Of a stretch of DNA of 64,000 nucleotides, positions 48,216 to 58,059 are shown in pieces. The stretch lies in NCBI GenBank assembly GCA_045810725.1, contig JBJMVK010000132.1, positions 522 to 64,521 on the forward strand, given 5' to 3'. Each line of letters begins with the position of its first letter. Position 1 is the first letter of the stretch. Source of the DNA: Sphingomonas sp. (lineage in GTDB: Bacteria > Pseudomonadota > Alphaproteobacteria > Sphingomonadales > Sphingomonadaceae). A model generated the notes under the pieces. The model was not told the origin of the DNA, did not search any database, and worked only from the letters and a program-made list of their open reading frames with translations. Position numbers and translations under genes: made by a program.

Positions 48216-50752
48216 CGACTTGAAACCGTGACAGTTCGGCTGCTGCGGCGGCCGTCATAGGACAGCGTCCGCAGCTCAACGTGGCCGCTGACGGCGACCG
48301 GCCCTGCGTACCGAACCCACCCGCCGCCACTGAGACGGTATTCTATCTGCTGGCCCGGGAACTCGCTATTTGCCTCGAGCGTCCCGTTCATGATCCGGGC
48401 GCCGGGAGGTGCGATCCGGTACATGACCCCGGCGCGCTCGAGCGCTTCGAGTTGGGCCGGCATTTTCGCCGCGAAGCTGCTCCAGTCGTTCCTTAGCGCC
48501 GCCAGATCGATCATTCCGTCACCGTACGAGTAGCTCGTTCCTGCGCGGTACTGGGGCTCCCAGGGCGCGCGGTGCCACGATCGCTCTGCCAGTGCGAGTA
48601 GGCGCGGGAAGAGCATATAATCGGCGAGGGAATCCCGCCGCACCGTTTCGCTCCACATATTCGCCTGCTCGCCCGCGATCGATTTCCCAGCGCCGAGCGG
48701 CACGCTGTCGGTCATGGTCGTCGGCTTGTTCTTGAGGTCCGTCATCACCGATGCATTCGCCGGCAGGTTATCGGCCATGAAGCTGAACACCTTGAACGTA
48801 TCCGTCCCGCGCGACGGCCAGTCGTAGCCGCGTTCCAGCGGGTTCGGCGCGTAAGGGATGTCGAAATAAAGCACGTTCGGCACTGCGATCACCGTCTTCC
48901 ATCCCTGGTTTGCGGTGCGGTGCGCCTCGCCCGCGGCAGCGGTGAATAGGTCGCCCCAGATGTCCGACTGGACCGCCCTCGGCATTTTCGCCGGATCGAC
49001 GTGGTCGAGCCCATCGCTCCACCCGGCCGCAGTGATGCCGCGCTTCGCAAGCGATGCCGAGACACGCTCGATGAACATCGGGCCGAGCTGGTCTACGCTA
49101 CGGCCGGTCTTGGCCATCAAGGCCTTGCACGCCGGCGACCCAGACCAGGCGCCCGCGGTCTCGTCGGCGCCGATGTGATAGGTCTTGAGCGGAACTGCCG
49201 CAGCTTTGTGCAAGGCCGCGATATTGTCGACCACCGCATCGATGAAACGGTACGTGCTGTCGAGACAGACGTTCAGCGTGTTGTCGTTATAGTTCTGAAC
49301 GCTTCGATACTTGGTCGTGTCGCCGGGCTCGGCCAGCCGGAAACGCTCCGCCTCGGCCTTGCGGCCCAGCGCCATCAGCCGACGATAGCGTGCCTCCATC
49401 GATCGGATCGCCGCGCGTGAATGGCCAGGCATGTCGAACGAAGGGATGACCTCGATCCCGCGCGCGTGCGCAGCTTTCAGGATTTCGATGTAGTCGGCTC
49501 GAGAAAGATAGCCGTTGACCGGCGTGTCGCGGGCCGGCCCGGCCCCGAGCTGCGGAAGCAGGCAGCGCGTTTCGCCGGGGTCGAAGCAACGATAGGCGCC
49601 AACCGCAGTGAGTTCGGGCAGCCGCGCTATCTCGAGCCGCCAGCCTTCGTCGTCGCCAAGGTGGAGGTGAAGCTTGTTGAGCTTGTACCGGCCCATCTGC
49701 TCGATGACCTTGAGTACCTCCGCCTTGCTGTGGAAATTGCGGGCGAGATCGATGTGCAGGCCGCGAAATCCGAATAGCGGCGAATCCTCGACTTGCAGTG
49801 GCTGCAGGTGACCCCGGTCGTGACTTGCGACTTGCGCAAGCGATTCGAGCGCATAGGCGGCGCCGGACGAATCCCCGGCCTCGATTTCGATCGAGCCATT
49901 CTTCGCCTTCACGCGGTAGCTCTCGGGCCCGATCCCGCGCGAACGGCGGATACGGATGGGCACTCCGCTTGCGCTCTCGCGCAGGGCCAGATCCCTAACC
50001 GCCGCTTCAATGGCGGTGCGATCGATACCTGCCAACGTCAGGCGGATGCCTTGCGTCAGGTCGATCTGGGGACCGCCAAGCCGGCTGGCCGACAGCGGCG
50101 TTGGAATGACACTAATGTCCGCCGGTGCGGCGTCGGAGGCTCGGCTTGCGTAGACGTCGAATGCGCGTTCGGGCGTTTGCCAGCGTGTTTGGTCGTCGGG
50201 CGTCTGCGTTCCAAGGCGTGCTTCGTCGCTCATCAGAGCAACGAACGGAAGCACCTCAAGGCCGCTTCCAAGATCGGTCGTGGGCCGAGTGGCCGCTATC
50301 ACGACCGGGACAAGCTTGCCTGCGACCAGGAACATGTTCGGCATCGGATAATAAGCCGAAAAGAAGTGGCCCTGCGACCACAGCCGGACCGGATAGGTCT
50401 TGCCCGGCTCGAGGCGGATGCCCGGCTTCGCCTCCAGCACATGGAGGTCGCCGTTGACGAGGCGCACGCCGAAGACGTCGCTGTCGGCCTGGATGACAGG
50501 GCTTACTGAGCTGAAGTAGAGCTTGAAGTCGCCAGCAGCGAGATCGGGGTCCAGTCGATCGGGTATTTTAAGATCGAGCTCAGACAGGAAGCAGCCGTCC
50601 CCTTGGCTGGGACAATTCGCCGGTCGGTTGTCGAGGATCGCCAGCCGAACCCCCATTCGCGCGCCCAAATCGTTCAGCTGGGCTTGCGACGCCGCAATCG
50701 CAGCCGATGCCGAACCGAACGCGAACGGCAGCGCGATTAAACTCCAACGCAT
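48212..50752 (-). CDS. Beta-N-acetylhexosaminidase GH20 (chitobiase-like)
   Basis: Start MRWSLIAL; RGLHIDLARNF, HLGDDEGWR, DMPGH, HIGADE, NMWSE. Confidence 0.93.
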   Translation of the reverse strand: MRWSLIALPFAFGSASAAIAASQAQLNDLGARMGVRLAILDNRPANCPSQGDGCFLSELDLKIPDRLDPDLAAGDFKLYFSSVSPVIQADSDVFGVRLVNGDLHVLEAKPGIRLEPGKTYPVRLWSQGHFFSAYYPMPNMFLVAGKLVPVVIAATRPTTDLGSGLEVLPFVALMSDEARLGTQTPDDQTRWQTPERAFDVYASRASDAAPADISVIPTPLSASRLGGPQIDLTQGIRLTLAGIDRTAIEAAVRDLALRESASGVPIRIRRSRGIGPESYRVKAKNGSIEIEAGDSSGAAYALESLAQVASHDRGHLQPLQVEDSPLFGFRGLHIDLARNFHSKAEVLKVIEQMGRYKLNKLHLHLGDDEGWRLEIARLPELTAVGAYRCFDPGETRCLLPQLGAGPARDTPVNGYLSRADYIEILKAAHARGIEVIPSFDMPGHSRAAIRSMEARYRRLMALGRKAEAERFRLAEPGDTTKYRSVQNYNDNTLNVCLDSTYRFIDAVVDNIAALHKAAAVPLKTYHIGADETAGAWSGSPACKALMAKTGRSVDQLGPMFIERVSASLAKRGITAAGWSDGLDHVDPAKMPRAVQSDIWGDLFTAAAGEAHRTANQGWKTVIAVPNVLYFDIPYAPNPLERGYDWPSRGTDTFKVFSFMADNLPANASVMTDLKNKPTTMTDSVPLGAGKSIAGEQANMWSETVRRDSLADYMLFPRLLALAERSWHRAPWEPQYRAGTSYSYGDGMIDLAALRNDWSSFAAKMPAQLEALERAGVMYRIAPPGARIMNGTLEANSEFPGQQIEYRLSGGGWVRYAGPVAVSGHVELRTLSYDGRRSSRTVTVSSR

Positions 50753-50851
50753 GAAACGAAATCCCCTTTTCGAGTTCAGCGTGTCACGCAAGCATGGACG
50801 GGTCAATCGCGCTGCTGTTGCCTTCGCCGCCTCGTGGGCTAGGCTGCTTCG

Positions 50852-51892
50852 ATGCGGCGTTTTGCATCGTTCCTGATCGCGTCTTTCCTGGCGATATCGC
50901 CTGGGCACGCGAAGGATCGCGGCACGGTCGTCGGCTATGTCGCGGCGTTCAAGGGCCTCGCCGGCGAGCTTCGGCAGCGCGGGCTCGAGCGGTACACCCA
51001 GCTCGACCTGGCGTTTGTCAATCCGACCTCGAACGGCGACGTCGTCGGCGCTGGAGCGCTGGCCTGCGCGCCGGCGGGCGAAGGCGCGATGGTTTCCGAT
51101 ACGCAGCTTCGTTCGCTTGTCGATTCCGCTCATCGCGTCGGTACGAAAGTGGTCGCTTCCCTGGGCGGTGCAGTCATCCCGCCGTGCGGTGGCGATTGGG
51201 CGAAGCTGCTCGCGCCGCCAATGCGGCCGAGCGTAGTGGCGAATCTCGTTGCAATGGTCGATCGCTACGACCTCGACGGACTGGACATCGATCTCGAGGG
51301 CGAGCTGATGGTAGGCATCGACAAGGATGGCAATTATACGCCGTTCATTCGTGACCTCGCGAGCGCGCTTCACACCCGTTCAAAGCTGCTCACAGCCGCG
51401 ACGGGCTCGTACCCCGGCGGAATGGTGCCCGATTCCTCGCTTCCCTACTTCGACCTCATCGGGATCATGTCCTACGATGCGGTGGGATCGACGTGGGGAA
51501 CTCCGGGGGGCGAGCATTCGACCTATGATCAGGCTGAGGCCGATCTCGCGCTGTGGATCGGCAAAGGCGTTTCGGCGAGCAAACTCGCACTCGGGATGCC
51601 GTTTTACGGACGCGGGTTCGGCAGGTATCGCGAGGGCTGGAGCTTGGAGGACATTGCTGCACTGGGCGGGCGGCAGCTGGATCGTGACGTGGCGGGCCAA
51701 CGCTGCGGCGGGTGCAGCTACATCACCTACAACGGTCTGCCGACGCTCGAGCGCAAGGCGCAGCTCGCAGGCGCCTGGAGCGCCGGCGTGATGGTCTGGG
51801 AGGTCGGGCAGGACCTCGCCGACGGCGGCGCAATCAGGCGTGTCGTCAGCGGCTATGAGAGAGGACGATCCTATGCCGCCGGAACGCACTGA
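50852..51892 (+). CDS. GH18 chitinase-like hydrolase, exported
   Basis: SLGG, LDGLDIDLE (DxxDxDxE intact), MSYD, LGMPFYGR. Confidence 0.9.
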   Translation: MRRFASFLIASFLAISPGHAKDRGTVVGYVAAFKGLAGELRQRGLERYTQLDLAFVNPTSNGDVVGAGALACAPAGEGAMVSDTQLRSLVDSAHRVGTKVVASLGGAVIPPCGGDWAKLLAPPMRPSVVANLVAMVDRYDLDGLDIDLEGELMVGIDKDGNYTPFIRDLASALHTRSKLLTAATGSYPGGMVPDSSLPYFDLIGIMSYDAVGSTWGTPGGEHSTYDQAEADLALWIGKGVSASKLALGMPFYGRGFGRYREGWSLEDIAALGGRQLDRDVAGQRCGGCSYITYNGLPTLERKAQLAGAWSAGVMVWEVGQDLADGGAIRRVVSGYERGRSYAAGTH

Positions 51893-52985
51893 TCGGACTA
51901 AACCGCAGCGCCTCGTTTCGCTCGATCTGCTGCGCGGGCTGGCGGTCATCGGCATGATCATCGTCAACGAAATGGCCGGCATGCAGGGGCCGGTGTACCC
52001 GCTGCTGCTCCATTCACACTGGAATGGGCTGACGATCGCCGACGTCGTGTTTCCCGCGTTCCTGTTCATGGTCGGCGTGTCGATTCCGCTGTCGCTGCGG
52101 CGCAACGAGGACGCGGACTATTCGCGGATTCTGTGGCGGACTTTCCGCCTGATCTTGCTCGGCTTCATCCTTTCGAACCTGTTCTGGATGTCGCAGTTCA
52201 GCTCGGGTAGCTGGCGATTGTTCGGGGTGCTTCAGCGGATCGGCCTCGTCTATTGCGCCTGCGCGCTGATGTTCCTCAATTGCTCTTCGCGCACGCGCCT
52301 TATCGTCGCTGCGGCGATCCTAATTCTCTACTGGCCGCTAACCTATATTCCGACCCTCGACGGCGTAGCGACGGACCTGTGGGTTCGTGGGGGCAATTTC
52401 GTCGGATCGGTGGATCGCGTGCTGCTTGGAGCCGGCAACCACATCTACGTGCCGGGCCCGCAGGGATATGATCCCGAAGGCTTGCTCGGAACCCTGCCGG
52501 CGATCGCCCAGGGGCTGATCGGAGTCGCGGCGGGCGAGTTCGTCCTTCGCACTGAAGGCGCCAGGCGCTTGCGCGCACTCGCCATTGCCGGCGCAGCAAT
52601 GCTGGTCATCGGGATCGGCTGGGGGTTCGTCTTCCCCATCGTTAAGGACATCTGGTCCAGCACGTTCGTGCTCGTCACTTCCGGCATTTCGCTGCTGGCG
52701 CTCGCCGCGCTCGGCTATCTGTTCGACGGCAGGCCGATGACCGGGCTTCGCCGCATTGTCGAACTCATCGTCCTTCCCTTTGGGATGAACGCGATCGCAG
52801 CCTACACGCTGCACGAAATATGCTGGTCGCTGCTGGGCTGGGACCTGCTGCAGCTTCCCTACAAGCAGCTGCGGCCAGTGATCGGGCCCGAACTCGCCGC
52901 GTTTGCCCCGGTCCTGCTGTTCCTCGCGTTCATCTGGCTCTGCATGTTTTATTTGTGGCGGAAGCGCTGGCTGATCCGCATCTAG
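51873..52985 (+). CDS. nagX: NagX / HGSNAT-like membrane protein
   Basis: RLVSLDLLRG, H..WNGLTIADVVFPAFLF, GVLQRI, DPEGLLGT. Confidence 0.8.
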   Translation: MPPERTDRTKPQRLVSLDLLRGLAVIGMIIVNEMAGMQGPVYPLLLHSHWNGLTIADVVFPAFLFMVGVSIPLSLRRNEDADYSRILWRTFRLILLGFILSNLFWMSQFSSGSWRLFGVLQRIGLVYCACALMFLNCSSRTRLIVAAAILILYWPLTYIPTLDGVATDLWVRGGNFVGSVDRVLLGAGNHIYVPGPQGYDPEGLLGTLPAIAQGLIGVAAGEFVLRTEGARRLRALAIAGAAMLVIGIGWGFVFPIVKDIWSSTFVLVTSGISLLALAALGYLFDGRPMTGLRRIVELIVLPFGMNAIAAYTLHEICWSLLGWDLLQLPYKQLRPVIGPELAAFAPVLLFLAFIWLCMFYLWRKRWLIRI

Positions 52986-55357
52986 CCCCTGACCGTCAGC
53001 TTCGCGCTCTTTAGATCGACCGAGTTCGGTCCCGCGTAGATGGTGAAGGTTCCAGGCTCGACGACCTTCTTCATTTCCGCGCTCCACAACGCGAGATCGT
53101 CGGGCGTCAGGTCGAACGTGACCGTCCGACGCTCGCCGGGTTGAAGCGTAATTCGCTGAAACCGTTTGAGCTCCAGGACCGGCCGGGTGACCGATGCTTC
53201 ATCATCATGGACATAGAGCTGGACGACTTCATCGCCGACGCGTCCACCGACATTCGCGACGTCGACTGCGATCCGCGCACCCTGGTTCGCGGCGATGACC
53301 GGCGTCAGCACGCGCGGCGCTGAGATGTCGAACTTTGTGAAGCTCAGCCCGTAACCGAACGGATAAAGCGGAGCGGTCGTGTCGAACAAATAGCCGCGCC
53401 GCGACGTCGGCTTGTGGTTGTAGAACATCGGAAGCTGTCCGACCGAACGCGGGATGGTGACCGGCAGTTTGCCGCCTGGATTCACCTTTCCGAAGAGCAC
53501 ATCGGCGATCGCGTGGCCCGTTTCCTGTCCGAGATACCAGCCCTCCAGCATCGCCGGCGCGTGGGCCGCGAGATAATTCACCGACAGCGGCCTGCCGTTG
53601 AGGAGGACGACGATCGTGGGCTTGCGCAGGGCGAGGATCGCCTTGGCGAGATTCTCCTGCTGCCCGACGAGATCGAGCGACGAGCGATCGCCAAGATGGG
53701 TTTCCGCCCAAGCTTCGCGGCTGGTCTGCTCGTTGTCCCCGAGCACCATGACCACGACGTCGGCTTTCCGCGCGGTCCGCACCGCGTCGCCGATCAGCTT
53801 GCGGTTCACCGAGGCGGGGACGAGCTTTACTTCGTCGCATGACCAGCAGCGCGTCTCCGTTAGCCGCACCCCCTCGCTATAGTCGACCGCGAACCTTCCT
53901 CGTCCCGCCTCGCGGAGCCCCTCGAGGACGCTGACAACATGTTTCGGGACATCGGCATAGCCTCCGATCGGCGTGTCGTTGGCATGCGTTCCAAGCACTG
54001 CGATGCGGTGGATCTTCGCGGAATTGAGCGGCAGCAGGCCGTGATCGTTCTTGAGCAGGATGACCGCTTTGTCCGCCGCCTCGCGCGCAAGCGCGACAGC
54101 CTCGGGAGTTGCCGTCTTCGCTTCGGCGGTGGCGGGATCGGGGTAGGGACTTTCGAACAATCCTGCCTCGAACTTCAAAGTCAGCACGCGCCGGACGGCC
54201 TCATCCACCAGCGCTATCGGCACTCGGCCGTCGCGGACGAGTTCGGGCAGGTGCACATAGCCTTCGGGATCGGGAGTTTCGACGTCGACGCCGGACTTGA
54301 TCGCCCGCTCCGCCGCGTCCTTCACATTGCCATAAAGGTGGTGGCGGGTGACCAGCTCGCGGATGCCGTAATAATCGCTGACGACTGCGCCGCGGTAACC
54401 CCACTCCCGGCGCAGCACACCGTTCAAGAGCCAGCTGTTGGCGTGGCTCGGGATCCCGTCGATTTCGTTATACGAGGCCATCACCGACTGGATCGAATAG
54501 TCTTTCACGGCGGCCTCGAACGGTGGGAAGAATGCCTCCCGAAGCTCGCGCTCCCCGACGTGCGCCGGGCCTATGTTCGTGCCGCTCTCGGGCCAGCCGT
54601 GCCCCGTGAAATGCTTGAGCGTGACCAGCACTTTGTCCGGCGGCAGCGGCAATGTCGGCCCCTGGAATCCGCGAACCGCCGCGAGCCCCATTCGCGTCAC
54701 GAGATAGGTGTCTTCTCCATACGTTTCCTCGATCCGGCCCCAGCGCGGATCGCGGGCGATGTCGACGACGGGCGCGAGGACGAGCGTCGCGCCGCGTGCC
54801 CGAGCCTCCCGCGCGGCAACCGAGAAGACGCGGCTGACGACTTCGGGGTCCCACGTACTTGCCAGGGCAATCGCCTGGGGAAAGCTGGTCGCGTCGCGGG
54901 CGACATAGCCGTGAAGCGACTCCTCGTGCATCAGGATCGGGATGCCGAGCCGCGTGTGCTCGACCGCCCAATGCTGGGCCGCGCTCACATATTCCGCGGT
55001 GTCGCGGGCGCCGCGGTTGACGCCGGCGGACGCGCCCGCCGCGCCGTTCGAGACCGTCACTCCGCGCTTGTCCGAGGGACGGGCAAACCCGCCGATCCCG
55101 CTCGGAAAGTTCTTCGACGCGAGCTCCGGCGAGAAGCGCCCGTCCGGCGTCTGCAGCTTCGCCTTGCCTTCCCAGATCGTCTCGAGCTGCGCGACTTTCT
55201 CCTCGAGCGTCATGCGCGTGAGGAGATCGTCGACCCGCTTCTCGACCGGTTGGCGAGGATCTTTGTAGAGCGGCGCCTGGAGGGCCTTCGACTGTGCATG
55301 TGCGGCGACGAGCCCGGTCGAAATCGCGGCGATTACGATCCAATGCGTGAAGCGCAC
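52982..55357 (-). CDS. Beta-glucosidase/xylosidase GH3
   Basis: RMTLEEK, EESLHG, RDPRWGRIEETYGED, KHF, VVSDY, FnIII-like C-terminus. Confidence 0.93.
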   Translation of the reverse strand: MRFTHWIVIAAISTGLVAAHAQSKALQAPLYKDPRQPVEKRVDDLLTRMTLEEKVAQLETIWEGKAKLQTPDGRFSPELASKNFPSGIGGFARPSDKRGVTVSNGAAGASAGVNRGARDTAEYVSAAQHWAVEHTRLGIPILMHEESLHGYVARDATSFPQAIALASTWDPEVVSRVFSVAAREARARGATLVLAPVVDIARDPRWGRIEETYGEDTYLVTRMGLAAVRGFQGPTLPLPPDKVLVTLKHFTGHGWPESGTNIGPAHVGERELREAFFPPFEAAVKDYSIQSVMASYNEIDGIPSHANSWLLNGVLRREWGYRGAVVSDYYGIRELVTRHHLYGNVKDAAERAIKSGVDVETPDPEGYVHLPELVRDGRVPIALVDEAVRRVLTLKFEAGLFESPYPDPATAEAKTATPEAVALAREAADKAVILLKNDHGLLPLNSAKIHRIAVLGTHANDTPIGGYADVPKHVVSVLEGLREAGRGRFAVDYSEGVRLTETRCWSCDEVKLVPASVNRKLIGDAVRTARKADVVVMVLGDNEQTSREAWAETHLGDRSSLDLVGQQENLAKAILALRKPTIVVLLNGRPLSVNYLAAHAPAMLEGWYLGQETGHAIADVLFGKVNPGGKLPVTIPRSVGQLPMFYNHKPTSRRGYLFDTTAPLYPFGYGLSFTKFDISAPRVLTPVIAANQGARIAVDVANVGGRVGDEVVQLYVHDDEASVTRPVLELKRFQRITLQPGERRTVTFDLTPDDLALWSAEMKKVVEPGTFTIYAGPNSVDLKSAKLTVRG

Positions 55358-55377
55358 CCGGTTGTTCCCCTCAACAA

Positions 55378-55391
55378 TGGTAGCGCTAACG
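55378..55391. promoter_or_regulatory. LacI-family operator, copy 7
   Basis: TGGTAGCGCTAACG between GH3 and the LacI gene. Confidence 0.8.
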
Positions 55392-55463
55392 TAGCTTGCG
55401 CTCAGAGGTCGTCAACGCGCGTCTGATTGCATATCGGTATTGCCTCACCTAGCACTGCCGCCG

Positions 55464-56555
55464 ATGGCAAGGCCGAGCAGGCGCAGACGCGGAGTGACGA
55501 CGATCGAGGACGTCGCGCGCGCCGCGAGCGTTTCAGCGATGACCGTGTCGCGGGTCATCAATCACGGCAAGAACGTGCGCGAGTCGACGCGCGTCGCGGT
55601 GCTCGAAGCGATCGAGCGGCTCAACTATTCGCCAAACACCGCCGCACGAAATCTCGCCGCGGGTTCCGCGGCGCACATCGGCCTCCTCTATGCAAACCCG
55701 AGCGCGGCCTATCTCGCGCAGTTCCTGATCGGCGCTCTCGACGCCGCGCGAAGCGCCGGCGTCCACCTCGTCATCGAATCGTGTGAATCGGAGGATGCCG
55801 ACGAGCAGGCAGAGGTCATCAGGCGCTTTGCAACGAGCGACGTCGAGGGCGTGATCCTGCCTCCACCCCTGTCAGAGTCGGCCCCCATCCTGGTCGAACT
55901 GGAGGCGCTCCAGATCCCGGTCGTAACGGTTGCAATGGGCACACCGCGAGAGGACGGGCTCAACGTCAGGATCGACGATTACGCCGCCGCGATGGAGATG
56001 ACCCGCTACCTTATCGAACTCGGCCACCGAAACATCGGCTTTATCAAGGGCCATCCTAAAATTATCGCCAGTCACGATCGGTACCGGGGTTTTTGCGATG
56101 CGCTGAAGGAAGCGGGCATCGAACCCCAAGATGCGCCCGTCGAGCAGGGTTATTTCACCTATCGCTCGGGCCTGACCGCGGGCGAGCGGCTCCTGTCGCG
56201 CCGACAGGCGCCGACGGCGATCTTCGCAAGCAACGACGACATGGCCGCAGCGATGGTCAGCGTTGCGCATCGCCGCGGGTTCGATGTTCCTAAAGACCTC
56301 AGCATTGTCGGCTTCGACGACACTGCGCTTGCAACGAGCGTCTGGCCCGAGCTCACGACAGTCAAGCAGCCGATCGCCGCGATGGCCGAAGCTGCGGTCG
56401 AGCTCCTCATCGCCGACCTCAGGCGCCGACAGGGCGGCGCCGGCCACAAGTTTACCGAGCGCGTGCTCAGCCATGCGATGATCATCCGGGAATCGTCGGC
56501 GGCGCCCCCCGCGGCGAGGAGGCCCAAGAAAGTGAAAGCAAGGAGCGACGCTTAG
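55464..56555 (+). CDS. LacI family regulator (XylR-like)
   Basis: TIEDVARAASVSAMTVSRVIN HTH, YSPNTAARNL, NDDMA, GFDD. Confidence 0.95.
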   Translation: MARPSRRRRGVTTIEDVARAASVSAMTVSRVINHGKNVRESTRVAVLEAIERLNYSPNTAARNLAAGSAAHIGLLYANPSAAYLAQFLIGALDAARSAGVHLVIESCESEDADEQAEVIRRFATSDVEGVILPPPLSESAPILVELEALQIPVVTVAMGTPREDGLNVRIDDYAAAMEMTRYLIELGHRNIGFIKGHPKIIASHDRYRGFCDALKEAGIEPQDAPVEQGYFTYRSGLTAGERLLSRRQAPTAIFASNDDMAAAMVSVAHRRGFDVPKDLSIVGFDDTALATSVWPELTTVKQPIAAMAEAAVELLIADLRRRQGGAGHKFTERVLSHAMIIRESSAAPPAARRPKKVKARSDA

Positions 56556-56578
56556 GCGATTGCGCCGCCCCAATTCTC

Positions 56579-56592
56579 TGTTACCGCTAACA
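56579..56592. promoter_or_regulatory. LacI-family operator, copy 8
   Basis: (C)TGTTACCGCTAACA(G) upstream of sugar porter. Confidence 0.75.
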
Positions 56593-56615
56593 GCCGAGGG
56601 TCTTTGGAGAGGGAC

Positions 56616-58043
56616 ATGACGGAAGCTACTCGACAGCGTGCAAACATGGGTTTCATCGGCGCGATCGTCGCGGTGGCGACGATCGGCGGATTCCTGTTCG
56701 GGTATGACAGCGGCGCCGTGAATGGCACGCAGGATGGCCTGACCCACGCGTTCCACCTGGTCCCGGGCAGCTGGTCCCCCAGCAACGGCCTTGGTTTCAC
56801 GGTCGCATCGCTACTGATCGGCTGCTTCATCGGCGCCTTTTTCGCCGGGCGGCTCGCGGACCTCATGGGCCGCCGCAACACGATGATGGTCGCCGCCGCA
56901 CTTTTTCTCGCAGGGGCTCTCGTGCAGGGCGTCGCGACGTCGCATATGATCTTCGTCCTCGCGCGGATCTGCGGAGGCATGGCGGTGGGCGCAGCGAGCG
57001 TCCTCTCACCCGCTTATATTTCGGAAGTCGCGCCCGCTGAAATTCGCGGTCGCCTCACCACTGTTCAGCAGATCATGATCATCACCGGTCTAACCGCCGC
57101 ATTCCTCGTCAATTATTTCCTCGCGGCCGGAGCCGGCGTTTCGACGGCGACCTACTGGGGCGGCATCGAGGCGTGGCGCTGGATGTTCCTGATGCAGGCC
57201 CTTCCGGCGGCGATCTTCCTAGTCGCGCTCTTCATGATCCCGGAGAGCCCGCGCTATCTCGTCTCCAAGCGTCGGATCGACAAGGCCGAGAGCGTGCTTA
57301 CCAGCCTCTTCGGCGCCGACGCGGCGCGGGCCAAGCTCGAGGAGATCCGGGCGACCTTCAGCGAAGACCATCGCCCGCGGCTGAGCGACATCAAGGGGCG
57401 TGGGCTCCTTGGCATTCGGCCCGTGGTCTGGACCGGCATCATGCTGGCTGCCTTCCAGCAGTTCGTCGGCATCAACGTCATTTTCTACTACGGGGCGACG
57501 CTGTGGCAGCTCGCCGGCTTCACCGAGAGCCAGTCCCTCGCGATCAATATCGTCTCGGGCGCAGTTTCGATCGCGGCCTGTTTCGTGACCATCGCTGTGA
57601 TCGACAAGGTAGGTCGAAAGCCGCTCCTGCTGATCGGGTCCGCCGGGATGGCCGTGACCCTGTTCGCGATGGTCTATGCGTTCAGCCACGGTTCGCTCGA
57701 TCCCAAGGGCAACCTCGTCCTTTCAAGGGACCTCGGCACGCTCGCAGTCGTCGCCGCCAACCTTTACGTGATCTTCTTCAACTTCAGCTGGGGCCCGGTC
57801 ATGTGGGTCAAGCTGGGTGAGATGTTCCCGAACCAGATCCGTGGATCTGCGCTTGCGGTGTGCGGGTTCGTGCAGTGGTTTTCGAACTTCCTCATTTCCT
57901 TCAGCTTCCCGGTGATGGCGGCGAAGCTCGGGCTCACGATCAGCTATACCTTCTACGGCGTGTGCGCGGTGATCAGCTACTTCCTGGTGCAGAAGCTCGT
58001 GCATGAGACTCGAGGGAAGGAACTGGAGCAGATGGAGGGGTGA
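56616..58043 (+). CDS. xylE: Sugar porter MFS (xylose symporter by context)
   Basis: GGFLFGYD, PESPRYL, QQFVGINVIFYY, WGPVMW, ETRG. Confidence 0.85.
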   Translation: MTEATRQRANMGFIGAIVAVATIGGFLFGYDSGAVNGTQDGLTHAFHLVPGSWSPSNGLGFTVASLLIGCFIGAFFAGRLADLMGRRNTMMVAAALFLAGALVQGVATSHMIFVLARICGGMAVGAASVLSPAYISEVAPAEIRGRLTTVQQIMIITGLTAAFLVNYFLAAGAGVSTATYWGGIEAWRWMFLMQALPAAIFLVALFMIPESPRYLVSKRRIDKAESVLTSLFGADAARAKLEEIRATFSEDHRPRLSDIKGRGLLGIRPVVWTGIMLAAFQQFVGINVIFYYGATLWQLAGFTESQSLAINIVSGAVSIAACFVTIAVIDKVGRKPLLLIGSAGMAVTLFAMVYAFSHGSLDPKGNLVLSRDLGTLAVVAANLYVIFFNFSWGPVMWVKLGEMFPNQIRGSALAVCGFVQWFSNFLISFSFPVMAAKLGLTISYTFYGVCAVISYFLVQKLVHETRGKELEQMEG

Positions 58044-58059
58044 AGCCCCGGACGCTTCG

